From assembly GCF_009914755.1 (NCBI RefSeq), contig NC_060930.1: a DNA stretch of 64,000 nt, one strand, 5' to 3'. Each line of letters begins with the position of its first letter. The stretch's first letter is position 1. Origin of the DNA: the human T2T-CHM13v2.0 reference genome, Homo sapiens. The notes under the pieces are model-generated. The model searched no databases. It had not been told where the DNA came from and saw nothing but the letters and a program-made list of their open reading frames with translations. The position numbers and the translations under genes are program-made. Positions 29,211 through 43,830 of this stretch are shown here, piece by piece.

Positions 29211-32200
29211 AAGTGTTCATGGAAGGAAAGCATGAGTTAGACCTTATAGGATGGGGAAAGATTTGATTAAGCAGGGTGAACAGTAAAAGACCAAAATAAA
29301 AGTAAAAGATGGTATTAGTGAAAGGAGAAATTATGAAAGTAAAAGTCCAAAAAAAAAAAGTAAGAGGCTGAAGCAGTTCTGCTATCCAGAATTCAGTGAA
29401 TTAAAATTTCTTAATAATATTATGAATCCCTATAGGGGTTATAAATCATTTTTTAAAAGAAATCATTCCTCCTACATTTCCTCTATAAACATTAAAAGCC
29501 ACTCAGGCAATTCCAACCTAAAGAGCCTGTGTGAGAAAGAAATATTTCCTGGTAACCAAAGAAGCAAAATACATACAATTAAAGTATGTATTTACCAACA
29601 ACTAGTGACTCTGAGTGTGGCTTTCTTTTTCATTCTTCAATAAAATTTAATGTTTATTTAGACTTACTAGACATATTGAGGTTACTGTGAAAATAATACA
29701 GACTAAACTACCTAGTAAATGAAAACCATAAGTAATTAATTTATTTCATTACCTACGGGAATAGATTTTTTTGTTTGCTATTGTCAATACCTCTACTAGA
29801 GCCACCTTTGCAAACTTATCTGTCAGAAGAAAATAAAAAAAATTTAAGTTTCTTCTTTGTTGTCATATAACCTGCATGGTCACACAGATATAATAGTATT
29901 TTATATAGTCACTATTATTCTCATTAAGAGATATTCAGTACTTACCTAGAAACTCCTGGCTTTAAAATAAATCAGTCTATACAATGGATATCATAATAAA
30001 ATATCGGAATATAATTTATTTTGGTCTAAAAAGCAGAAATACTTGTTAATATTTTTACATAAAAAAGGGCAGTGTGAAAATCACTATTTATGCAAGAATC
30101 ATACTTACTTGAACTAAATTAGTCCAAACATGTCTCTAACTCTAGATGGATTTTTTAAAATATAATTTGACTGCAGAATTTTGTAAGTGGCCTACAATTT
30201 TTCTCTGCTTTTATAAAGTCTCCCGAAATCCCAGTTGAATGACTTTTTATTTTGCTGATAGGCCAGAGAATGTATTGAGAAGTTTACATTTTATCTCACT
30301 TAATATGATAAGGGTACAATAATGTTAGCTTCTGTTGGGGTGAAAATATAAAAAAATGTCCTCAGGGAATTTGCCAAGAATCATGTTTGCACAAAGTACT
30401 AAAAAGTTTTAGGAATATATTTCTTAAATATCCAAATGGATTAATTAAAGCAAATAATTTCTTTTGAACTAGCCAATCCCACAAATGTGTGTGCATGGCA
30501 CAGTATGATGGACTTAAAAATGACAAAACCAAAGGACTCAGAGTAAAACAAAGACCTAAATAAAGCTAGGTCATATTTCATGTAAACTATGTTATACTGA
30601 ACTAAATATACATTTTAATGTAAAACAAATTCCAATGTTTAATAAAATGTTCAGTTTAAGTCAGTTGCTTTCACTTTTCCTGATTTCTAAACTAAATCCC
30701 ATGTGCAGTTCAAATCAATATTTATCATGAAATGTGTAAATAATACATCTCCTATAAAAATAATCAAATTAACTTTCCAAAGCATTAGACAATCATCCCT
30801 CAGTTTTATTTTCACTATGCTACAATTTGAACCGAATTATGACCTATTGTAAGAATGCTTAGTTTTGGTCATCATGTGAAATAAATCAATTCCCTCTAGA
30901 AGGAGAAAAAAACTCTCTTTATGAAGATGGATCAAATAAATTCTACATTTTAGTAGCAATTATAATTAATTTTAACAGAAAATATCATAGGGGATTGACA
31001 CATTTAGAATTGCTCATATCTCCATTAAATCATAATATAATACTATTGCATAAAAGAAGTATAATTATAATATTTGAATACAGGACTTAAACATAACTGC
31101 TAATAAAAATAAATTCAGTCTATAAATTATCAAACCCATCTAAACTGCATCTCTTTATAAAGAATATTTAAATAATGATACCAATTATTGCATCAACCAA
31201 ATGTTAGATATTCTGTATTTTTTTAGAAAATCAACCAATGTGACAATATGTGGTACCAAAAAGAAAAAAAAATTCACCATGATAGCAAACATAAATACAA
31301 AATTCTAGTTAAAAGACACTGTCCACATCATTTAACAGAAATAAATGAAAGATAAGAAAGCTTTGAATGTATTTAGGTAAAAGTTGTTCTGACACTGATA
31401 ACACATTGAATAAGCCCTATGCAGTGATTTCTAGCTTACTCTGGGCTAAACCATTTCCACAATCCTTTAAAGAATAGGTATTGTGGAAAATAAAAAGAAG
31501 GATGTAATCCCACTTTTTTCTTCCCAAAATAGACAGATTCTAAGGATTGAATCTATTCAATGAAAACTAAAAAATAATTTCTAAGTTTTACACTGTAAAG
31601 CATGCAATTTTGAGCCAAGTTTATTTGCACTCCCCTTAGGCTGACTAATACAGATTAAATCTTATGACATTCAGATTAAGTAGTTAGTAGACAGTGGAAA
31701 AAATAAATATGGTAAGATATGTATGCACATATATTACATATTCATACAGACCAATCATTATGCTTATGTTTTAATTCCCTAATGAGTGGATAAACATGTA
31801 CTGTCCTCTTCATTTTGAGGATAGTACTACTACTCATCCATACGTTGAGCTTGGGAGAAACCAGGAAGATTTAGTAATAATGAGAGTAACTTCTATGGTT
31901 ACTCAAAAATAGTGAAAGTAGTAAACAATATCTACTTAGTTCTCAAATATCAAGACTTTTTCCCGATGAATATGGATTTGTGCACTTTTGTTCAGATGTC
32001 ATCACTATCAGAATAAAGAGAGAATATGATCCTGAGTTGCTGTGCTCTTGGTGCAGGGTGTAGGCTGGGAGAAATGCTAGTGTGCAGAAAAAGCTAACAA
32101 TAATCAGTCACCGAAAACTGGCACTGTCCAAACAGAAAGCATATTCTTTGTATCTCATGAGATGCTGACCATTTTTAATCTTTTGAGGTTTAATCACTCG

Positions 32201-32583
32201 AGTGACATGCTTACATGATAATTCAAACTGTCTCAGGCTCTAACTGTCAGCATCCCCTCTTGCTCGGGATACTAGGATTTTTTCTCTGTGGTTTGATGAT
32301 TGGAGTACACAGGCTTTTCAACACCTGCTCTGGCTACTGTAGAATAGATTACAATATACCAAAGGAAAATATATCTTATTATTTTTTGCTGTTACAATTA
32401 GAAGCACTACTTTATTTATTTACTTTTTTTAGAGTTTGATCTAAAAGCCATTAGGAATGATATCTTTAAACATGTGGTGTGTATGTAGGACTGGGAAATG
32501 TTGGACCTAAATTTCTCTGCTGTAAGATTCACTTAATATGTTAGTATATCCCTTTCTGAGATGTACACAGAAAGGAAACAACA

Positions 32584-33337
<754 letters not shown>

Positions 33338-34407
33338 CTTTATTTCTGAAATTCTTCATGTTATGAAGGCTACTTTCAAAATGTTCTATACATATATTTT
33401 ACCATATGAAATGCTGATATGAAGAAATTATTGTAGTCATCCAAGTTCTAAAATATTTTTGGGCACAATTTTTTTTTCAGCACTTATAATCATAATTAAA
33501 AAGCTCAACTTGATATAAAATAATGACTTATAAAGACATTTTCATTTTTAATTAAACATTGCAAAAAGTATCTGTTGCCCAATAAGGCTAATTAAAATAT
33601 CTTTATTACATATGCTATTGAAATAAATCTATTTTTTGAATTTCATAAACTGTGATCCTATATAATTCAAGATAATTATATAAGAAAATAAATTCATACC
33701 CATTCAAATATACCATTATAAAATATTTTATCATAAAACATTCTATACTTAAGATCAACATATGTGAAGAACAAAATGAATATTCACAGAGACTAGCAAG
33801 TAAAAGCATTAACATAACTTCTGATGTTAAAGGCCATGAGTAGTTGCACAATTAAATGAACAATATCGTTAAGTATTCTGTTAATGCTCTAATATCAGAA
33901 AATAACATTTTTTAATTTTGACTTTTTAAAATGGCAAATAAAGAAAGTGAGATCAGAAGCATGGAGAATTAATTTTTAAGAGGTGGATTTTAATCACTTT
34001 AGTCATTTTAGATTTGGTTCACAGTCCTTAATTTCTTGACAGTTTAATTGCTTTATCAGGCATCTAGCAAGTACATTTTAAAAGAATGAAGACTAAAAAG
34101 AGGTATGTTTTTGAACAGTCTTCAATAAAAATGAATTATTTAAATTAACTTAATTTTCATGGTGCTAAAAGGTTTTGGAATAAATTACTTGGCCTATGAC
34201 ATGAGTCAAGTTCATAGAAACTTTGGTTATGACTTCAATGGAGAAAGTTGTACGGCCACCCCCAACAAGTGATTTTTCAGTTATATTGTGATACGCACTG
34301 AAAATTAAATAAAAATAAGCAATGGAAAAATCCCCCAATAGATGACATCAATGTTTTTACACAATGTTTCACTTTATAGTTTCACAAAACTTAAAAAACA
34401 AAACAAA

Positions 34408-34699
34408 GGCTGGGTGCGGTGGCTCACGCCTGTAATCCTAGCACTTTGGGAGTCCAAGTTGCGTGGATGATGAGGTCTGGAGTTCAAGACCAGCCTGGCC
34501 AAGATGGTGAAATTGCGTCTCTATTAAAAATACAGAAGTTAGCCGGGCGTGGTGGCGGGCACCTGTAATCCCAGCTACTTGGGAGGCTGAGGCAGAAAAT
34601 TGCTTGAACCCGGGGGATGGAGGTTGCAGTGAGCAGAGATCACACCACTGCATTCCAGCCTATGACACAGCGAGACTCCGTCTCAAAAAAAAAAAAAAA
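34408..34699 (+). mobile_element. AluS (Sg/Sg4-like), no TSD visible
   Basis: Full dimer with 'cctggccaagatggtg' and 'ggcagaaaattgc'; A-tail. Confidence 0.92.
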
Positions 34700-34991
34700 G
34701 TTACGTTTACATTAACATTATACTGTAGTCCATTAAGTGGCAACAGCATTATATCTAAAATCTTCATTAAAAAATACTTCATTACTAAAAACTGCTAATC
34801 CTCTGAACCTTCAGCGAGTCATAATATTTTTGCTGATGAGGGGGTTTGCCTTGATGTTGATGGCTACTGGATGATCAGGTAGCAGCTGAAGGTTGGGGTG
34901 GCTGTCATAATTTCTTAAAACAACAGTGATGTTTGCTGCATCAATTGACACTTCCTTTTGTGAAACATGTCTCTCTGGCACGTGATGCTGT

Positions 34992-35270
34992 ATTTTTTTT
35001 TGTTTTGTTTTTTGAGTGTCTTGCTACAGTGGTGTGATCACAGCTCACTGCAACCTTGACCTCCTGGGTTCAAGTGATCCTCCCACATCAGTCTCCCAAG
35101 TGGTTGGGACTACAGGCATGTGCATCATGCCCAGCTATTTTTTTTTTTTTTTTTTTTACAGAGATTGTAACATCTCACGATGTTACTCAGGTTGGTCTTG
35201 AACTCCTGGCTGACATGATCCAACAGCCTCAGGCTCCCAAAGTGCTGGGATTACAGGCATGAGCCTGGCC
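34992..35270 (-). mobile_element. AluJ inserted in Tigger1
   Basis: AluJ-type 'gatcacagctcactgcaacc' and 'gatcctcccac'; TSD gtgatgctgt at 34982-34991 and 35272-35281. Confidence 0.88.
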
Positions 35271-35355
35271 TGTGATGCTGTTTGATAACAATTTACCCAC
35301 AGCAGAAGTTCTTTCAAAATTAAAGTCAACCTTCTCAAACCTTGCCACTGCTTTA

Positions 35356-36790
35356 TCAGCTAAGTTTATGTAAGTAATATTTTAAGTCCTTCTTTGTCAT
35401 TTCAACAATATTCAAAGAGTCTCCATGAAGACAATATTTCTTCTCAAGAAACCACTTTCTTTGCCCAACCATAAGAAGCAGCTCCTCATCCATTGCAGTT
35501 TTATCTTGAGATTGTGGCAATTCAGTCATATCTTCAGCATCTACTTCTAATTCTAGTTCTCTTGCAATTTTCACCACATCTGCAGTTACTTCTTCAACTG
35601 AAGTCTTGAACCCCTCACCATCATCCACAAGGGTTGGAATCAACTTCTCCTAACTCCTATTGATGTTGAAAATTTGACCTCCTCCCATGAATCATGAACG
35701 TCCTTAATGGCATACGGAATGGTGAATCCTTTCCAGAAAAGTTTTCAATTTACCTTGCCCAGATCTATCAAAGGAATCACTATCTATTGCAGCTATAGTC
35801 TTAGGAAATGTATTTATTAAAAAAGACTTGAAAGGTGAAATTACTCTTTAATCTATGGGCTGCAGAATAAATATCATTTTAGCAGGCATGACAATAATAT
35901 TAATCTCCTGTATCTCCATTGGAGCTCTTGGGTAACCAGGTGCATTGCCAATCAGCAGTAATATATTAAAAGGCATTTCCTCCCCTAAGCAGTAAGTCTC
36001 AACAGAGGGCTTAAAACATTCAGTAAGCCATGCTGTAAACATATGTGCTGTTATCAAGGCTTCATTGATACACTAATAGAACACAGACAGAGTAAATTTA
36101 ACATAATTTAAGGGCCCTAAGATTTCTGGATGTTAAATGAGCAGTATCTCCAACTCCAATTCACCAGGTGCATTTAGCCCTTAAAAAGAGAGTCAGCCTC
36201 TCCTCTGAATCTCTGAATCCAGACATTGACTTCTCCTTTCCAGATACCAAGTTCTAGATGGCATCATTTTCCAATATAAGGCTGTTTCATCTACACTGAA
36301 AATTTGTTCTTTAGAGTGGTCACCTTCATCAATTATCTTAGCTAGACCTTTTAGATAGCTAGCTGTAGTTTCTATATCAACACTTGCTTCATCTTGCACT
36401 TTCACGTTATGGAGATGGCTCCTTTTTTTTTTAAGTCTCACGAACCTACCCTTGCTAGCATCTAACTTGCCTTCTGAGATTCCTCATCTCTCTTAGCCCT
36501 CATTAACTTGAAGAGACCTATGCCTTTGCTCTTGATTATATTTTGGACTAAGAAAATGTTATGGCTGGTTTGATCTTAGACCACTAAAACTTTCTCCATA
36601 TCAGCAATAAGGCTGTTTCACTCTCTTATCATTCGTGTATTCACTGAAGTAGCACTTTTCATTTCTTTCAAGAACTTTTCCTTTGAATTCACAACTTGGC
36701 TAATGGTATGGTGCAAGAGGTCTAGCTTTCGGCCTATCTCAGCTTTCCACATGCCTTCCTCACTGAGTTTAATTATTTCTAGCTTTTGAT
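35356..36790 (-). pseudogene. Decayed Tigger1 transposase (frameshifts and stops)
   Basis: ORF fragments 36193-36441, 35848-36057 and 35356-35643 carry degenerate DDE-family motifs, separated by stops and frameshifts. Confidence 0.85.
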
Positions 36791-38862
36791 TTAAAGTGAG
36801 AGACCTGCAGCTCTTTCTTGCACTTGAACACTTAGAAGCACTTTAGAGTTATTAAATGGCTTAATTTTAATATTATTCTGTCTCAAGGAATAGGAAAGCC
36901 CAAGGAGAGGGAGTGAGATAGGGAAATAGTTGGTGGAGCAGTTGGAACACACACAGCATTTATCAATTAAGTTTGCTATCTTATAGTCTTCTACAGGCAT
37001 GGCTTATGGTGCTCCCAGACAATTACAGTAGTAACATCAAAGATTTCTGATCACAGATCACTATGAAAATTATAATAATAATAAAAAAAATGAAATAAAT
37101 TGTGACACAGAGACACAACGTAAGCACATGCTGTTGGAAAACTGATGCTGATAGACTAGCTCAATGCAGGACTGCTACAGCCTTCAATTCGTAAAAAATG
37201 CGATATCTGCAAAACAGAATAAAACCAGGTATGTCTGTAGTGGTAGAGAGTTGGAGACTATCTAAATATCCTTCAGATATTAATATTATAAAAACACTGG
37301 TGGTAATGTTTTCAAAAAGATTTCATTTCATGAGAAAATGATGCTATGTGGTATTGAGGAAAAAGTAGCATATAAGATGAAATATATACTATAGATGAAA
37401 AGTTGGGAAAATTTTAATAGCTGGTGATTATTTTCTTTCTTGTCTTTCTATTTTGCATATCTGGATTTCCCATTTTCTTCAGGAAACACTTAACTGCTTT
37501 TATAGCCAGAAACAATATATGTTTTAAAAGAATCTCATTCATATAGCAAAATATCCTTATTTGGTATAAAAAAGATACAAACAAAATTAAATATGGATAA
37601 CTAAGCAGAATAAAATACATTCTATTTTCAAAACAATTACTAAATAAAAAATTAAGATTGTTAAATTAGACCCAAGGCATTTTTTCATATGATTTCTGAT
37701 TTAAAAAAATAAAAATAAGTAAGTATTAATCATTAAGCTTAAGTTTTCTTAAAAGATATGGAACAAGCAATATAAAGACTCAAGCAGAAGTTTCTTTACC
37801 CTGTAATGAGGTGATGATTAAGAAATAGGACCAGACTAAGGAAGGTGGTCTTAGGCTAGGAAGGAGAAAAATCTGGGGCAACAGTACCATGGCCTAGTAC
37901 TAACTGGTAGACAGATGTAAGATGGTAGCAAATTCATTAGGAATAATGAGTTTAGAGACGATGTTTCTCTTCTTTCTCCTCCTTTATCTTTTCCACTCCT
38001 GTGGTATATTTTATAATTTCACTCATTTCATCTTTCTTCTCGTTTTCAATTCTTCTATGTCTTACAGTCCACAGTCTTTTCTCCTGTTTTTTTTTCTGTT
38101 TCATTAACTTCCTTATCCTTCTCTTCATTCATTTATTTCAATTGCCTTGTTTTTATAAGGTATTAGTTCTACTTAACAATAGCTGTCTCAAAATTACATT
38201 AGAAAATAAATGTCAAGAAGTTTCAGTTTGGCTAAACTGCTTTTTTTCTTCTAAGAACTGTTATATGGCAAAAACCCTATATAATACACCCATTACCACA
38301 GCTCTTATTATATTGTCTAACATTAATCATTTATGTATTATTTAACTAGCATAGTAATCATCCTTATTACTATTGTGATTACAACTGCAGAGATGAAGAA
38401 TCTCAGGCTTGGATGAGTATTTAACAAAGTAGCATAAACATATTTAACTGCAAAAAAGCTGACCCTTTCACTGACAGGTCCAACCTCCATATCTGTTTTA
38501 ACTTGCCTCACAATCCTTAAGTGAAGCATACATCTACTGACCATTTGCAGAGCTCTTAGTTCAACGAAGAGCAACAAGACCACCTTACAGACAGGACCTA
38601 CAACGATGACCAAACATGAAAGCCATATGAGTAGGTGTTATTTGAAGAATACAACCAATTTTGTGGGAATATAAAAAAATCAAATGTTTACTCAAGAAAA
38701 CTGAACTTAGATTTAACTGATAATTGTCTGGAATTGAACTATGAATTTTATTAGATATTATAGTTATTGAATAAATATTTTAATGATGCTTGCAAACTTT
38801 AAAAATGTTAAGTCACTATGATATTTATATATTAAAAACTTGAAAATTAACATTAAGACTGA

Positions 38863-39178
<316 letters not shown>

Positions 39179-42100
39179 GACAATATAATTTTCTTAAATA
39201 AAATGCATTAAGTGATTAGTAAGTAAATATATATTATCAAAATCTGATAAACCAGAATATTAGATGCTTTCATTGGGTTTAAATCTCTGATTAAAATATG
39301 TACCACTTAGGTATTCACACTTAACAAAAACTAGGGTAATTTCTTGTAAGCCATGTGTCAAAGATCTCAAAGATTCAAATTAAACCATAGAATAAAGAGT
39401 ATAATTATAAGAATATGCAGCAGTTGCGTGGTCTGTCTTTGTCTTCAAAGGTCCTAAATCATGCAAATCTATGACAAATTTCAAAAGAAAATACTTAATA
39501 TGTAACAATCTAAATGACAGAAACTTCATCCCCCTTCATATAACAGCTTGCTCTGATTTCAGCTGTTATCTCTGGTTATGGAAACCAATGGTCAAGTCTA
39601 TTTTTTTGTATTTGAAAAATCTCTGTAACATTAGTGTTACTCTTGTAGATGAATAAGTGATTTGGCTTCTGCTGCATATTTTTCAAAGTGCTCATCACTG
39701 AATTCTAAAATCAACAGATTCACTCTCTGCTGATCTTTTCTTGTTCAACTTTTTACCTAAGAAGTACCGTGTTTTGTCTTATCAATTTCATGGCCTATGA
39801 AACTAATCTTCTCACAGTGTGTTATTTTACTTATGCTAAAAGTACTAATAATTCACTCTCAGTGTTTGATCCTCTCTTTAGGGATCCACAGTTTATGTTC
39901 TATTTTAAGAACCTAGTTGTAGGACTAGACCCCCTGGAATATGCACCCTAAACTATATAGATGGAAAAAAGTTGATTTCATTGTTCCTGTTGTAGAAACT
40001 AAAGTTCCTCTAAGTCAAAGAAATGGCTCAGCTAAGCTCCTATGTTTTTGAAAGTGATAAGAGGGTACAATGAGAACATATTATTGGAAAGAAAGCAAAT
40101 GAAATAGCTGTGCTAACATAGGAAGGGCCTGCACTGCTGTAGTTATAATAATAACAGTGAAGCTAACAGATCCTTAAAATGAGCCTACTTTACTCCCTCA
40201 AACCATAACTGGTAAGGCAGGAAGGAGTGATTTCTAAAAATCTTCATATTTAACAATGCATATGTAGGAGATTATTTATGTTTAAGAATAATTGCAATAA
40301 CACCCCCTTTCTAACTTCCTAACAGTGTTTAAAATTGTATCATTTTAAGATTTTCATTTTATTGAACTGAATATGTCAATTAGCTTATAACATCAGAATT
40401 TACTTGTAGAATCAACCTGAAAATATTTAGGAGTTTTCCCTGTGAGGTTACATATGTTTTAAGAGACTTTGAAAGCTACTGTTCTAACATTGCTTGTATT
40501 ATATTACATACTGCAATTATAGAATTTCTAGATAGTGTGTAACACTATTTCTGTGAAAACATCTATACTTTTAAAGCAATATATACTCTTCTGAGTATCT
40601 ACCTATCAGATACAAACTGCTTATCTGATATGCAATAAATTATTTACATATAAAATATCAATTGTGCAAAGAAATTACTTTCTATATTTACTAGTAAAAA
40701 TGACTAAGTAAACTTAAAGCAAAATTGTTTACTATGTCTGATTATATTTCAGAAGGATTATATATTTTCAAGAATTTCCTATTGATACTGAGTTTCTGCA
40801 TTACGTAAATGAATAGTATGCATTATTAGATTCTCTGAATACATTCCCTATATGCTTGGCTTCTAACTATACAAGTGAGATAGCAATACAAACAAATATT
40901 GAAAACATTTAGAAGCCAGTTGGAAAATAATAATTAGCCTTGACAAGAGGAAAACTAAACTATAGTCCTAAGATGGAACATAGTAATTTCAGTTTGTACA
41001 TTTAGTAAAACTACCTGCTGCGCTTATGAGGGTCATTTCTCCCTGGCTGCTCTTTCCTAAACATATAATAACATGCTCAACATTTTGGATTTTCTCTCTT
41101 CTCTCCTCATTCTTTCTTTCTTCTAGGATGCAAGCAAACTTACAGGCAGATGCTCTTGAGGGCTTTATTCTCTAGTGTGTAAGTGGTATGTTTGCCTAGG
41201 TAGATGTAAAATATTCTTGCAGAAATCCCACAACTTTCTGGCTTTGGAATTTACTATAGGGATTTTAAAGATTTACTATTTTAATTATGTCTTAAATAAG
41301 CTAATGTGAAAATGAATTCACATTTCCCATACATAACAGGTGGGAGCCAGTCCTAGGAATGCATGGTATAAAAGGCAGTAGAAACTAGCTGAGAAAAAAC
41401 AGTTCTTCAACAAGTAAAGGTACTAAATTGGGGGAACACACTTCTATAGGACCCAGTTTTTTGATGGCCTTGGTATTTTTACATATGAATTATAGCCATG
41501 GTTAATTCTCAGATACATTTTTCAGGTCATTCAATTTTAACATTAGCAAAGGAATTAATTATTAATTTTCTTTTTAATGAGGCCTTGGCATATAAAGATT
41601 TAGTCTTAAGCTGCATTTAAACTTGGTCACAGAATTACACATAATCACAACAAGTTCAGATATTAACTGCTTGAGCAGAGCCCATTTTGCCTGAATTAAA
41701 ACATAGTTAAGTTGTATCCTCCCTCCATATCAAACCAACCCACCTCCAACCCCTTCAGCTGTTATAAAGGCAGAAATCCTTGGTTGTGTCTAGCACCTAC
41801 AATATGTGAAGCTGGCTCCTGCTGCCATCACAGCTGGCTTATGAACCCCTTGGAGAGTCATTAACTAGAGAGAGATAAAGCAGCTTATCTAATGAGGTTA
41901 CATATGAATTGGAACTCTTCATCCTCCTTCAGGTCAGCCATCCAGTAATCATAACTTTCATTCTCACCTCAATACCTTCTTCATAATCATTTACTGTATC
42001 TGGAAAGTCCCACCATTTCTTTTTGATAGAAATATTATACTGCATAAAGTTCAAATGACTAATCCAATTATGGCATTACCCTTCTAAAAAGAAAAAATGT

Positions 42101-43019
42101 ACTTAAAAGACATACTGTACTCCTATGTGTTAACATATCTCTCTTGCTAATTCAAGGATTTCTTGAATAAAATAGTGTATATGAAAACACTAACACAGAG
42201 CTTGGTATATAATATGGCTCTCAAAAAGTGTTAGTTTCCTTCTCTTGCTTTTATTTTGCCCACAAATTCTAGCACAGTTTTTAGTGCATGGCAGAATAAA
42301 TTGGCCTGCATGTCTCCATAACTTGCCACTATGCTGCCATCTGCTTGGTGAGAAAGTGAAAGATATGCACAGAAAGAAGCTACTTGGAACCACGCATTCT
42401 GAAGCCAACAAGTTCCCTAATTCATTGTATCTAAGTGCAGGTTGGCAGATAAGAACAATTTCTTGATGCAGTTTTCATGAGAAATGAGAAAAAGACAGGT
42501 AATGCAATAAATTATGCATTTTAACAAAGGTAAATATATTTAATTTAAAAAATGACCTTAATCTTAAAATTATATTTTCTGCTTAGTTTTTAAAGACAAC
42601 TGCTTTTAATAAACAGTAGACATAAAAGTACTATGTCATTTTGTTTTTTGTTTGTTTGTTTTTGCTTTGTTGTCTATGGCATGACCATTTTGGCAATGAT
42701 ACCATAATGAGACTCATTATTAGAACTTCATGTAGTTTTTATGAAAAAATAACAAAGATTTAAAAGAAGGCAGCAATCATTTGTCAGCTTTTCCTTCTTA
42801 AAAATTGTTTTCTCAATTTTAAAGTTACCTCAAATTCTAGAATCAGGAAACTATTGCTGTGGCTGAAAGGAAAAGAAAAACAGTGGTGTTTTCTGAAAAA
42901 TACAATGAATTTTTCTGGCATTTCAACCTCTGAACCATTGTTGTCACTTAAATTTAGATTTCAATTCTTAAATAAAAATGATATGCATTCAATAATTTAT
43001 CTTCCTCCTAATGTCACAA

Positions 43020-43830
43020 ACTAGAATTCAATTCAATTCTACTTAACAAATATTTATTAAGGGCCTCACATGTTCACATCACTCTTATAAGCGTTTAGGA
43101 AGTAATATCAAGGAAAAGAAATATCTCTATCCTAGTAAAACATATATTTTCCCCAAAAAGATGGACAATAAATTTAACAACTAAGGAAACTTTATGGTGT
43201 GGAAGTTGCAAAATACTCTAGAAAGAGTAGGGTTAGGGGGTCAAAAATGTTAAGAAGTTACAAATTGTTATATTAAGTAAGGTTGTTTGCACACTGTCAT
43301 TGAGCATGCAGGGTTTGAACAATGATTTGATAGAGATGACTTTGGTAGCCAAACAGATATCCAGGAGAAGATAATTTTAAGGGAGCAGGAACAGCTAGAA
43401 CAAAGGCCCAAAGACAGGAACACTTCTGGTGTGTTTTAAGGATTAGTAAAGAGACTAGCATGCCTGGAATACATGAATGAGGGGGTTAGTGGTAAGAGCT
43501 GAGACCACAGACGCTGAGGAGGTGGGATAGGCAGCAGATCACATAAAGCCTGGCAGACTTCTACTCTTGCTCAGAGTGAGATGTGGACTCACAGCAGCTT
43601 TCTGAGCAGAGGAACAAAATGGTCTATGCTTTAAAAAGGATGTAACTGCTGTGATTGAGAACTGGATGTAGAGTCAAGTATAGAACAACGAAGACCTACT
43701 AGGAAGTTTTGCAGTAATCCAGATAGGAAATGCTGGGGGCTACATAGCTGTGGAAGTGAAGAAAGTGGTCATATTCCATATACACATGTTTTACAAATAT
43801 TTGGAAGGTAGATTCAATAAGATTTCCTGA
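43020..43830 (-). mobile_element. L2 (L2a-like) fragment
   Basis: 'aacaaatatttattaagggcctcacatg', 'caaaggcccaaagacaggaaca', 'gcagtaatccagataggaaatg', 'atttggaaggtagattcaataagattt'. Confidence 0.7.

Larger units (their letters stand above)
34700..37237 (-). mobile_element. Tigger1 DNA transposon, near full length, one end missing, interrupted by AluJ
   Basis: Right terminus 'aataaaaccaggtatgtctg' followed by TA; pogo/Tigger transposase remnants on the - strand (…[19 protein letters not shown]…, …NILLLIGNAPGYP…ILQPID, …GFKTSVEEVTADVV…). Confidence 0.93.

Noticed and set aside
35356-36441. Possible domesticated Tigger (TIGD-like) gene
   Set aside because: Broken by stops and frameshifts, with catalytic motifs degenerate (LLIGNA in place of LLIDNA)
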